Shown here one piece after another: positions 15,774-24,634 of a stretch of 64,000 bases of DNA (positions within the stretch are counted from its first letter, which is position 1; each line of letters opens with the position of its first letter). The position numbers were made by a program, and so were the translations under genes. The notes under the pieces are model-generated. The model was not told the DNA's origin. It searched no databases and saw only the letters and a list, made by a program, of their open reading frames with translations. The DNA is taken from contig CAMWVR010000003.1 of the NCBI GenBank assembly GCA_947177795.1, positions 1,088 to 65,087 of the forward strand, read 5' to 3'. Source of the DNA: an uncultured Clostridia bacterium (lineage in GTDB: Bacteria > Bacillota > Clostridia > Christensenellales > UBA3700).

Positions 15774-16523
15774 ATGTTTAAAAAAGTCATATCTTGCCTA
15801 TTAATTATTTTGTCAGTATTATGTTTGGGAGTGTTTTTTGTAGCGTGCAGTGACAGTGATATTGATCAAGATGGAAACGTAAATAACTCTGATCTAGAAA
15901 GACAAGAGTATTTGTTATCTCAAATGGAGTCAATTAGCAAAAGGTATACAATAGTTGATAAAAATCCCAAAGAAATAGTCTTAACGAACTATTCTTTGGG
16001 AAACATAAGCATATATGATATGTATGGTAATAGCGTTGCTGCCTTTGGCATTGAAAATAAAACGGTTTACCATAATTGGTATAGTATAGAGGAAGATGAA
16101 AATGGAAGTATTCAAATAGATATGAATACTGTTACAAGATATTTAAAAAACTATGGGTCTAAGTATGATAGGGCATTGGAAATCAATTTAGATCCATTCA
16201 AAGATATTCAATTTGCAAGTTTGAACGGTGAAGAAGAAAGGATCAATTATTATAGTTGTTTTAATGAAAACACTAAGAAATTATTATATCCTGTAATGAC
16301 GAATGTAACGCAATTTGTTTCGTCAAAAGTTTTAAGCAAAGTCGCAAGTGGTTGGAACTCTACTCACACTAATCAATATGGTTATTATGAAATATTGTAT
16401 ATAGTTGTTACGTTTAATGATACGACATATAGATCTGCAACAATTATGGAATATCGATTTATTGTCATAGAGTGGGAACCGTATAATTTCGACAGTCTTT
16501 TACATTATGGCGAGGTGTTGTAA
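15774..16523 (+). CDS. Hypothetical lipoprotein (paralog 1), AT-rich
   Basis: MFKKVISCLLIILSVLCLGVFFVAC-SD is a lipoprotein signal. The ATG lies 1 nt after the ung stop, with its SD (agaggag) inside ung. It shares HNWY and C-terminal blocks with the next ORF. Confidence 0.65.
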   Translation: MFKKVISCLLIILSVLCLGVFFVACSDSDIDQDGNVNNSDLERQEYLLSQMESISKRYTIVDKNPKEIVLTNYSLGNISIYDMYGNSVAAFGIENKTVYHNWYSIEEDENGSIQIDMNTVTRYLKNYGSKYDRALEINLDPFKDIQFASLNGEEERINYYSCFNENTKKLLYPVMTNVTQFVSSKVLSKVASGWNSTHTNQYGYYEILYIVVTFNDTTYRSATIMEYRFIVIEWEPYNFDSLLHYGEVL

Positions 16524-17305
16524 TGAAAAAATTTATAATAGTATTTATATTAGTTTTGTTCATACTGTCTTTAACTGCTTGTGGATTATTTCATATTGAC
16601 GGAGAAAACAAGCAAGAATTATTAGGTTTTCAAGCGTGGGAAGATTTTATTTATGAGAGCATTCAGGATAGAGAATTGAGTTATACGTTAAAAGACGCAA
16701 ACGAAGAGCCAATTTTATTGCATTATTTTAATTTTCGGTGTGGGAACATTTATGATAAAAACGGTAATAAGATTGAAAATTATTATAGATCCGCCTCTGC
16801 AACACATAATTGGTATATTTTAGAAAAATCAAATAACAGAGAAATAGTTTTCAATTTTAAATCTGTTGAAAATGAATCGGGGCTCATAAATATGTTGGAC
16901 GGAAGCAAAGATTATTTTACAAATAGGGTACTAACTACCGATGAATACAATATGAGCGGATTTAATTTCTCTGCTACCAATGGTGTAGATGTATATGATG
17001 TAAAAAAATTTGGGCATTATGATTTTCACGGAAATCACACCGATGACTTGAAGGATGTCACGTATCCGATTAGAGTAGACGCTACAGAATTTGAGGCTAC
17101 AAAAATATTGTCTCGAACAACAGGCATAATAACAGACAGGGGAGAAGAATATTCTTATGTTAATTATCACATATACAAAGTAATAATTGCTTTTGTAGAC
17201 AACTTTGATAAAGCAATTGTAAAAACTTATGATTTTGTTTTATCCTTTAATGCTGATTATGAGGAACATAAAGCGTTGGATAAAGCGTACTTTAATTCAC
17301 TGTGA
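16523..17305 (+). CDS. Hypothetical lipoprotein (paralog 2), AT-rich
   Basis: The lipobox is LTAC-G. It overlaps the previous gene in a TAATG junction. The blocks YTLKD..NIYDKNGN..THNWY.. and YHIYKVIIAFVDNFDKA align with paralog 1. Confidence 0.65.
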   Translation: MKKFIIVFILVLFILSLTACGLFHIDGENKQELLGFQAWEDFIYESIQDRELSYTLKDANEEPILLHYFNFRCGNIYDKNGNKIENYYRSASATHNWYILEKSNNREIVFNFKSVENESGLINMLDGSKDYFTNRVLTTDEYNMSGFNFSATNGVDVYDVKKFGHYDFHGNHTDDLKDVTYPIRVDATEFEATKILSRTTGIITDRGEEYSYVNYHIYKVIIAFVDNFDKAIVKTYDFVLSFNADYEEHKALDKAYFNSL

Positions 17306-17307
17306 TT

Positions 17308-17763
17308 TTATTTACGTCTTTTGCCGTCAATGTCTTGAATAGACACTTTCCAAATGGCAGTTGCCTTGAAATACTTTTTTAGTTCATCGTCAAAGTTTTG
17401 CATATTTAAAGGCGTGTGTCTTTGACATATCGCTCTCAATGCCGCAATCTTTTCTTCGTCGTCTAATACTTGCGATATTTTGCCGCGTACTATTGCGCTT
17501 TCATAATTGGTGGCAAATTCGTCGTTCAGTCTCAACGTGTCACCGACGCAGGATATACACACATCGTCATTGCGCTTAAAGCAATCCGTCTTTTTCCCTT
17601 CCTTTGCGCAGTGGAAGTATATTGCGCCGTCAATTCTTGCTATGCTCAAGGGTATGCAGTAGGGCATGCCGTCGGTATCTATAGTTGCAATCGTAGCCCA
17701 TTGGCATTTGTCTACGATTTGCATTGCCCACTCTTTGGGCATCTGTCTGTCTTTTCTTCTCAT
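17308..17763 (-). CDS. Pyridoxamine 5'-phosphate oxidase-like FMN-binding split-barrel protein (COG3467 / Nim-like family)
   Basis: MRRKDRQMPKEWAMQIVDKCQWATIATIDTDGMPYCIPLS is the typical N-terminus of this family; 151 aa. Confidence 0.7.
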   Translation of the reverse strand: MRRKDRQMPKEWAMQIVDKCQWATIATIDTDGMPYCIPLSIARIDGAIYFHCAKEGKKTDCFKRNDDVCISCVGDTLRLNDEFATNYESAIVRGKISQVLDDEEKIAALRAICQRHTPLNMQNFDDELKKYFKATAIWKVSIQDIDGKRRK

Positions 17764-17779
17764 AAAAATCTCCTTGATA

Positions 17780-18562
17780 TCAACCGAAAATTTCTATTGT
17801 CGATATAAGTTTTAATCTCTCAATATCCACAAGGTCTTTTCCGTATGCGTCTATAAATCTTTTTGCATATTCGTGAGTGCGTAAATTGTAAAACAGCGTG
17901 TAGATACCCCAGAATATATCTACGTGTCTATCGCCTACGCCGCCGTTGCCTACGTCGATAAAACCGCTCAGCTTCCAATCGTCAAGTATTACGTTGGGGA
18001 GACAGTAGTCTCCGTGCAGCAAGACTTCGTTCTTGAGAAGTTTGCTTTTTGCCGTTATCAACTTCCAAGCGTCGGCGGTATTTTTTAAGTCGAGTTGCTC
18101 AAACATTTCTTTGTCACATAGGCCCGCTTTATAGTTTCGTTCTGCCGTTGCAAGAAATGTTGCAGTATGGTTTTTGATGGGGCAGTCTGCATAGTCGATC
18201 GAATGTAATTCTCGCAAAAGATGTGCTGTGGTATCGCAAAGTTTTTTGGGATTTTCAAGATATCTTTGGCTTATGCAGTCGTTGCCTTTGATTTTGGCAG
18301 TGACGAACCAGTCATTTGAGTCGGAGACGTATTCTAATACTTGCGGAGCAAGTCCCAAAGAGTGAAAATAATTCGTCATAGTATATTCGGAAAATAACGA
18401 CTCTTTAGGAGAAGTTTTGATAAAATATCCGTCGTCTTTATCGGAAAAAATTACTTTAGCCTGCGGAGAACAACTGCTGTCAAAGATTTTTGCGCCTTCA
18501 AGATACGGGCGGATTGACGGAGGATAATCGTTTAGGTTTATATTTATCGGTCTCAAGTTCAT
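17780..18562 (-). CDS. APH(3')-like aminoglycoside/small-molecule O-phosphotransferase
   Basis: It has the catalytic loop HGDYCLPN, the GFIDVGNGGVGDRHVD Mg-binding segment, and overall collinearity with APH(3') enzymes. The substrate cannot be inferred. Confidence 0.7.
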   Translation of the reverse strand: MNLRPININLNDYPPSIRPYLEGAKIFDSSCSPQAKVIFSDKDDGYFIKTSPKESLFSEYTMTNYFHSLGLAPQVLEYVSDSNDWFVTAKIKGNDCISQRYLENPKKLCDTTAHLLRELHSIDYADCPIKNHTATFLATAERNYKAGLCDKEMFEQLDLKNTADAWKLITAKSKLLKNEVLLHGDYCLPNVILDDWKLSGFIDVGNGGVGDRHVDIFWGIYTLFYNLRTHEYAKRFIDAYGKDLVDIERLKLISTIEIFG

Positions 18563-18568
18563 ATAATG

Positions 18569-18597
18569 AGTATAATCAAATTTACGCTTTATGTCAA
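18569..18597 (-). promoter_or_regulatory. Consensus promoter TTGACA-17-TATACT placing the TSS on the APH-like ATG (leaderless)
   Basis: On the minus strand, TTGACA is at 18597-18592 and TATACT at 18574-18569. A 6-nt gap (18563-18568) precedes the ATG at 18562, and no SD is present. Confidence 0.6.
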
Positions 18598-18604
18598 CGC
18601 TTGA

Positions 18605-20065
18605 TTAAAGCGTTTTGCCGGCGGTCTTTTGCCATCTTTTTGAGAGATAGAACACGACTGATACGGCTGCGCCGACGACCCAGCCTATTGGCCAACTCCA
18701 CCATATTGACACGTACGATAGATGGCACGCCTTGACGAACAGAAAACTCAGACCCACGCGGAGCACCAAGTCTGTCATCGTACTAGTGGTGAATCCCGCC
18801 ATATCTCCCGCGCCTCTTATAAATCCGTCGAAGATTATCTTGATGCACACTACGATATAGAACGGTGACAGAATATACAAAAATTGCGAGCCTATTGCAA
18901 TTATTTCGTCGTTTTGTCCGTTTACAAAGGCGCCCACGAGCGCTTTTGCAAATATCAGATATATTGCCGTGGAAAGCAAGGCAATTGCCACCATACTTAT
19001 CAGTCCGCCTTTAAGACCTTCTTTTGCTCTGTCCAAACGATTTGCGCCTATATTTTGCGACGTAAAGGTTGCCATTGCATTGGATATCGTCAGGAATATA
19101 GATATGATTATGTAATTTATCTTAAATGCCGAGCCGTACGCTGCGACTAGATTTGCATTGCCAAAAGAATTGACGAGTCCTTGCACGAAGAGTTGTCCTA
19201 TTGATACGGTGGAGTTTTGCAAAATACTCGGCAGAGCCATAAGCATAATGCTTGACCATATCGACAGCGAGAATACTGGGTTTTCTTTCCGGGACTGTTT
19301 TGTTGAGTTTTTGGGGCAGTAGTAAAAAGTGCTTTTATCACCCGATTGGCATTGACTTTCGTCAGATATGTTTTCCGCCGTATCTTTCGGAAGTTTGGAT
19401 ATATTGACGAGCAATAGGATCAAGGACAACACGCTTGCAATGCCTTGGGCGAGAAAAGTGCCCCAGGCAAGTCCCTTTACTCCCATATTGCAATATTTAA
19501 CGAATATAATATCGACTATCACGTTGAGTACGGTGGAAAATATGAGCAGGAAAAGCGGCGTCTTTGAGTTGCCGAGCGCTTGGAAGATACAACTTACCAC
19601 GTTGTATACGAATAAGAAGGTCAGTCCGTAGATATATATATTGAGATAGTCGACGCTTTGCGCAAAGACGTCCTGTCCTAGGTCTTGCGAGTTCATAGCC
19701 GAGAGCAGCGGCTTACAAGTAAATACGCCTATTACGGTAAAGATAAGCGCGAATATAAAGATGTTAATTAAAGCAGTGAGAGTGGCAGTCTTTGTGCGGG
19801 AGTATTGCTTTGCTCCGAAGATTCTCGATATTGCCACGCTGCCGCCCACTCCAAAACCGTTGCCTATGGCAATAAATACTACGGTCACAGGATACGCGGC
19901 GTTGACTGCCGCTAAGGCAATGCCGTTGTCGTTTATAAAGTTGCCTGCTATAAGAGAGTCTGCAATGTTGTAAAACTGTTGAAATAATACGGATATTATC
20001 ATCGGCAATGCAAATGCGTACAAAACTTTGATAGGTTTGCCTATCGACATATCTTTAGTAGCCAT
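18605..20065 (-). CDS. MATE-family multidrug/oligosaccharide efflux transporter
   Basis: 486 aa and polytopic, with 2 x 6 TM helices. The N-terminal MatE-type PIKVLYAFALPMIISVLFQQFYNIADSLIAG is present, and a hydrophilic central loop separates the halves. Confidence 0.8.
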   Translation of the reverse strand: MATKDMSIGKPIKVLYAFALPMIISVLFQQFYNIADSLIAGNFINDNGIALAAVNAAYPVTVVFIAIGNGFGVGGSVAISRIFGAKQYSRTKTATLTALINIFIFALIFTVIGVFTCKPLLSAMNSQDLGQDVFAQSVDYLNIYIYGLTFLFVYNVVSCIFQALGNSKTPLFLLIFSTVLNVIVDIIFVKYCNMGVKGLAWGTFLAQGIASVLSLILLLVNISKLPKDTAENISDESQCQSGDKSTFYYCPKNSTKQSRKENPVFSLSIWSSIMLMALPSILQNSTVSIGQLFVQGLVNSFGNANLVAAYGSAFKINYIIISIFLTISNAMATFTSQNIGANRLDRAKEGLKGGLISMVAIALLSTAIYLIFAKALVGAFVNGQNDEIIAIGSQFLYILSPFYIVVCIKIIFDGFIRGAGDMAGFTTSTMTDLVLRVGLSFLFVKACHLSYVSIWWSWPIGWVVGAAVSVVFYLSKRWQKTAGKTL

Positions 20066-20205
20066 AAATGCCTCCGTAATTTCTCTTAGAAAATTACCAT
20101 TTATGTTATACGCTCAAATATCCCAAAACGCAAGCAAAAAAATTAAAAAAAATTAACATTTTCATAAATTCGGTATTGTATATTAAAATTAAATATGGTA
20201 TAATT

Positions 20206-20214
20206 TGGATAAGT
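20206..20214 (+). promoter_or_regulatory. Extended -10 element (TGgTATAAT) upstream of glgB
   Basis: TG is at 20206-20207 and TATAAT at 20209-20214, 21 nt before the TTG start. The -35 is weak. Confidence 0.4.
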
Positions 20215-20235
20215 ATGAAAAAGGAGAAAGAATAA

Positions 20236-22137
20236 TTGGACAAAAAAATACCAGTATATCTCTTTCACGAGGGTACAAATTATGAGGCTTATAAGTTTAT
20301 GTCGCCTCATCAAAGTCAGAGAGAGGGCAAAAGCGGCTGGGTCTTCAGAGTGTGGGCGCCGCACGCAAAGTCAGTCAGCATAGTTGGTGACTTTAACAAT
20401 TGGGATAGAGAAGTCCATCCGATGAGCAAGATAAGCGACGGTATATGGGAGGGCTTTGTAGAAGGTCTTAAGATATACGATATATATAAATTCAGCGTGG
20501 AGACTGCCGACGGCAAGTTGAGGCTCAAATCCGATCCTTATGCAAGACACAGCGAGACTTCTCCCGCAAACGCTTCTAAACTTTATGAGTCGAGTTTTAA
20601 GTGGACGGATAAGAATTGGATAGCCGAAAGAGAAAAGTTTGACGCTTTCCACAGTCCGATTAATATATATGAATTGCACGTAGGCAGTTGGAGAAGATAC
20701 GCCGATGGCAATATTTTAAATTACCGCGATTTGGCGGACGAACTCGTACCGTATATCAAGCAGATGGGATATACTCACGTTGAGATACTTCCTATATGCG
20801 AGTATCCTTACGAAGGCAGTTGGGGCTATCAGGTGAGCGGTATGTTTGCACCCACTTCAAGATATGGCACGCCCGACGATTTTAAATACTTTATCAACAA
20901 ATTACACAAAAACAAAATAGGCGTCATTCTCGATTGGGTATGCGCGCATTTTCCAAAGGACGCGTTTGGACTTTACGAGTTTGACGGACAGCCTTGTTAT
21001 GAATATTCAGACCCTCTCAAGCAAGAGCATAAGGAGTGGGGTACGAGAATTTTCGATTACGGCAGAAGAGAAGTACATTCTTTCTTAATATCTTCGGCGG
21101 ACTTTTGGGTCAGCGAATATCACGTGGACGGCATAAGAGTAGACGCCGTTGCATCGATGCTATATCTAGATTACGGCAGACAAAACGGAGAGTGGCGTCC
21201 CAACGTAAGCGGCGGCAACTATAATCTTGAGGCCATAGACTTTTTGCAAAAACTAAATTCGCATATGTTGTCAAAATACAAAGGACTGCTTATGATTGCC
21301 GAAGAGTCCACTGCATTCCCCAACGTGACGAAGCCGCCTCACGACAAAGGACTGGGCTTTAACTTCAAGTGGAATATGGGCTGGATGAACGATATGCTTT
21401 CTTACGTATCACTAGATCCGTTCTTCAGAAAAGACAATCACAACAAAGTTACTTTTTCTATTACTTACGCTTACAGCGAGAATTATATCTTGCCTTTATC
21501 TCACGACGAGGTAGTTCACGGCAAGTATTCGCTTCTCAACAGAATGCCGGGGTCTTATATGGATAAGTTCAATTCTCTCAAAGCATTCTTTGGATTCACG
21601 ATGGCGCATCCCGGTAAGAAGTTGCTCTTTATGGGCGGAGAGTTCGGACAGTTTATAGAATGGGATTACAAAAAACAACTTGATTGGTTTTTGCTCGATT
21701 ACGATTCGCACTTCAATTTGCACGAGTTTGTCAAAGACCTCAACGCATATTATCTTGCCAACAGAGAGATGTATTATCTCGATACGACTTACGACGGATT
21801 TAAGTGGATATGCGTAGACGACAATACTCAAAATATCGTATCTTTCGTCAGAAGCGACGGCGAGGGAAATTACACTATCGCAGTTGTCAATTTTTCGCCT
21901 GTCAAGAGAGAAAAATACAAGATGGGCGTGCCCGAAAAGAGGGCTTATAAAGTTGCGCTCAACAGTGACGACAAGAAGTACGGTGGAGAGAGCGATAAGA
22001 TGAGTTTCACTGCGCAAAAGGGAGATATGCACGGCTATCCGTATTACGTCGAAATGACGATACCCGGCAATAGCGTAATGTATATCACGCCTGCGCGAAA
22101 AGTCAAGAAGCAAGACAAGGAAAAAGCGAGCAAATAA
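20236..22137 (+). CDS. glgB: 1,4-alpha-glucan branching enzyme (GH13), with a Lys-rich C-terminal tail
   Basis: The translation has GH13 branching-enzyme blocks (GVILDWVCAHF, GIRVDAVASMLY, MIAEEST, LSHDEVVHGK). The TTG start has SD aaaggag. Confidence 0.92.
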   Translation: MDKKIPVYLFHEGTNYEAYKFMSPHQSQREGKSGWVFRVWAPHAKSVSIVGDFNNWDREVHPMSKISDGIWEGFVEGLKIYDIYKFSVETADGKLRLKSDPYARHSETSPANASKLYESSFKWTDKNWIAEREKFDAFHSPINIYELHVGSWRRYADGNILNYRDLADELVPYIKQMGYTHVEILPICEYPYEGSWGYQVSGMFAPTSRYGTPDDFKYFINKLHKNKIGVILDWVCAHFPKDAFGLYEFDGQPCYEYSDPLKQEHKEWGTRIFDYGRREVHSFLISSADFWVSEYHVDGIRVDAVASMLYLDYGRQNGEWRPNVSGGNYNLEAIDFLQKLNSHMLSKYKGLLMIAEESTAFPNVTKPPHDKGLGFNFKWNMGWMNDMLSYVSLDPFFRKDNHNKVTFSITYAYSENYILPLSHDEVVHGKYSLLNRMPGSYMDKFNSLKAFFGFTMAHPGKKLLFMGGEFGQFIEWDYKKQLDWFLLDYDSHFNLHEFVKDLNAYYLANREMYYLDTTYDGFKWICVDDNTQNIVSFVRSDGEGNYTIAVVNFSPVKREKYKMGVPEKRAYKVALNSDDKKYGGESDKMSFTAQKGDMHGYPYYVEMTIPGNSVMYITPARKVKKQDKEKASK

Positions 22138-22192
22138 CGCTCGCTACATAATTTGCAATAATATTTAGGTATATAAGATTATAGGAGGGAAA

Positions 22193-23386
22193 ATGCATAC
22201 CAATAAAAAAGAATGCGTCGCTATGTTGTTGGCGGGCGGACAGGGTACGAGGCTTTATTCATTGACGAGAGACTTGGCAAAGCCTGCCGTATCTTTTGGA
22301 GGAAAGTATAGAATCATTGACTTTCCACTTTCAAACTGTATCAATTCAAATATTGACACGATAGGCGTGTTGACGCAATACAAGCCTTTTGATCTCAATC
22401 AGTATATCGGCAACGGTCAGCCGTGGGATCTCGATAGACTCAACGGAGGAGTATTCGTACTGCCGCCGTATATGAAGGGCGAAACTTCAGACTGGTATAA
22501 GGGTACGGCAAACGCCATATATCAGAATATAGAATTTGTCGACAAATTTTCACCCGAATACGTATTGATACTTTCGGGAGATCATATCTACAAGATGGAC
22601 TATGCGCAAATGCTTGCATACCATAAAGAAAAGGGCGCCGATTGTACTATTGCCGTAATCAACGTGTCTTTGGAAGAGGCGTCGAGATTTGGCATTATGA
22701 ATACCAATGCGGATAATTCGGTGTATGAATTTGCCGAGAAGCCAAAGCACCCAAAGAGCACCAACGCGTCTATGGGTATATACATATTCAATTGGGCAAA
22801 ACTTCGCAAGTATCTCATAGAGGACGAAGAAGATAAGACCTCTCAAAACGACTTTGGTAAAAATATCATTCCAAAGATGCTTGCCGACGGACAAAAACTC
22901 TTTGCTTACAATTTCTCTGGATATTGGAAAGACGTGGGCACTATATCTTCTCTTTGGGAAGCAAATATGGACGTGCTTAACACCTCAAGCGGAATTAATC
23001 TCGACGATAGTGCTTGGAAGATATATGCAAGAAACACTGCCGAGCCGCCGCATTACGTCGGCAAAAATGCTGTCATCAGCAATTCGCTTATCACAGAGGG
23101 CTGCGAGATCAACGGCAAAGTCGTCAACAGTGTGCTGTCCACAGGCGTGGAGATTTGCGAGGGCGCGACGGTAGAAGATTCTACGATAATGCCCGGCGCA
23201 AAGATCTGCAAAGGCGCGGTAGTCAAGTATTCTATCGTAGGCAATAACGCTGTCGTGGGCGAAAACGCAGTAGTAGGTGATACGCAAGAGGGAATGGTTG
23301 ACGGACAGTGGCAAATCACCGTCGTAGGTCCTAACGCAAAAGTTGCGGCAAATCAAGTAGTGCCTGTCAAGGCTATGGTAGATTAA
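22193..23386 (+). CDS. glgC: Glucose-1-phosphate adenylyltransferase, catalytic subunit
   Basis: It has the [22 protein letters not shown] nucleotidyltransferase motif and a C-terminal left-handed beta-helix. Confidence 0.92.
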   Translation: MHTNKKECVAMLLAGGQGTRLYSLTRDLAKPAVSFGGKYRIIDFPLSNCINSNIDTIGVLTQYKPFDLNQYIGNGQPWDLDRLNGGVFVLPPYMKGETSDWYKGTANAIYQNIEFVDKFSPEYVLILSGDHIYKMDYAQMLAYHKEKGADCTIAVINVSLEEASRFGIMNTNADNSVYEFAEKPKHPKSTNASMGIYIFNWAKLRKYLIEDEEDKTSQNDFGKNIIPKMLADGQKLFAYNFSGYWKDVGTISSLWEANMDVLNTSSGINLDDSAWKIYARNTAEPPHYVGKNAVISNSLITEGCEINGKVVNSVLSTGVEICEGATVEDSTIMPGAKICKGAVVKYSIVGNNAVVGENAVVGDTQEGMVDGQWQITVVGPNAKVAANQVVPVKAMVD

Positions 23387-23399
23387 GGAGGATAGGCAG

Positions 23400-24512
23400 A
23401 TGAACAATGCTATGAGCATAATTTTCGCAAGTGACAACGAGTCAAAACTCAACGAATTGACTTTGCACCGCACTACGGCTTCTTTGCCGTTTGGCGGAAG
23501 ATACAGATGTATTGACTTTGCGCTTTCCAACCTTGTCAACAGTTCTATTACCACAATAGGTATAATCACGCGCAACAACTATTCTTCTCTTATGGATCAT
23601 ATCCGAATGGGAAGAGACTGGGATCTCAATAGAAAAAACAGCGGTATCGTAGTATTTCCGCCTTATGCGTCCAACACGTCTACCAACGTGTTCAAGGGCA
23701 AGATAGAGGCGTTATACGGCATACTCGATTACATAGAGAGTTCCGACGACGAGTACGTAGTCGTCACCAACAGCAATATCATTGCAAGCATTGACTTTGA
23801 CGACGTATACGAGTCGCACGTCGCAAGCGGAGCAGACATAACTATGTTAACTTACAATGCTTGTCCTACGACTTCAAGAAGAGTAATTGTCGAGAGTGAT
23901 TTAAGCGGAAGAGTGAGAGGTATGAAAATCACTCGCAACGCAAGCGAAGACGAATGTGAATTGGGACTTTTCTGCTATCTTTTCAACAGAAAACAACTTA
24001 TTCAACTCGTATCTGACAGTTACGAAAGAGGCAAGATAGACTTTGAAAGAGATATTTTGCAATCTAATATAGATATACTCAATATACACGCTTACAAAGT
24101 CAAAGGACACGCGGCGCTGGTAGACGATATCAAGTCGTATTACAGAGAAAGCATGGCGATATTGGATACGGATGTGCGCAACAGTCTTTTCGACAGCGCG
24201 GGCAAGGTGTTCACAAAGGTCAAAGACAGTGTGCCAACGAGATATTACAGCGGCGCGACCGTAGTCAACAGTTTGATTGCCGACGGTTGCAAAATCAACG
24301 GCAGAGTTGAAAACTCAATTCTTTTCCGTGGCGTCGTAGTAGAGGAAGGCGCCGAAGTCGTCAACAGTATCGTTATGGAGAGCGGCAAAATTATGAAAGG
24401 CTCTAAACTTAACTTTGCTATCACCGACAAGAACGTCACAGTCACCGAAGACAAGGCGCTGAGCGGCAGTGACGCTTATCCCGTCGTTGTTGTAAAGAAT
24501 AAGACGGTTTAA
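23400..24512 (+). CDS. glgD: Glucose-1-phosphate adenylyltransferase, regulatory GlgD subunit
   Basis: It is a paralog of GlgC that lacks the GGxGxR loop (ASDNESKLNELTLHRTTASLPFGGRYRCIDF). Its position after glgC matches Firmicutes operons. Confidence 0.85.
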   Translation: MNNAMSIIFASDNESKLNELTLHRTTASLPFGGRYRCIDFALSNLVNSSITTIGIITRNNYSSLMDHIRMGRDWDLNRKNSGIVVFPPYASNTSTNVFKGKIEALYGILDYIESSDDEYVVVTNSNIIASIDFDDVYESHVASGADITMLTYNACPTTSRRVIVESDLSGRVRGMKITRNASEDECELGLFCYLFNRKQLIQLVSDSYERGKIDFERDILQSNIDILNIHAYKVKGHAALVDDIKSYYRESMAILDTDVRNSLFDSAGKVFTKVKDSVPTRYYSGATVVNSLIADGCKINGRVENSILFRGVVVEEGAEVVNSIVMESGKIMKGSKLNFAITDKNVTVTEDKALSGSDAYPVVVVKNKTV

Positions 24513-24520
24513 AGATAAAG

Positions 24521-24548
24521 ATACTTTGACTTTGTCGCGTCAAAGTAT
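24521..24548 (+). other. Perfect 10-bp stem / 8-nt loop hairpin in the glgD-glgA spacer, with no U-run
   Basis: ATACTTTGAC-tttgtcgc-GTCAAAGTAT, followed by a GGCGCGCC palindrome and a degenerate family-A repeat fragment (24572-24605). Confidence 0.5.
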
Positions 24549-24634
24549 GAAGGCGCGCCAATGATGTAAAATGGAGAAATCTTAAAGTCCGCAGGACAAT
24601 ATGACTCGCCAAAGGCGAATAAGGAGGTAATACT

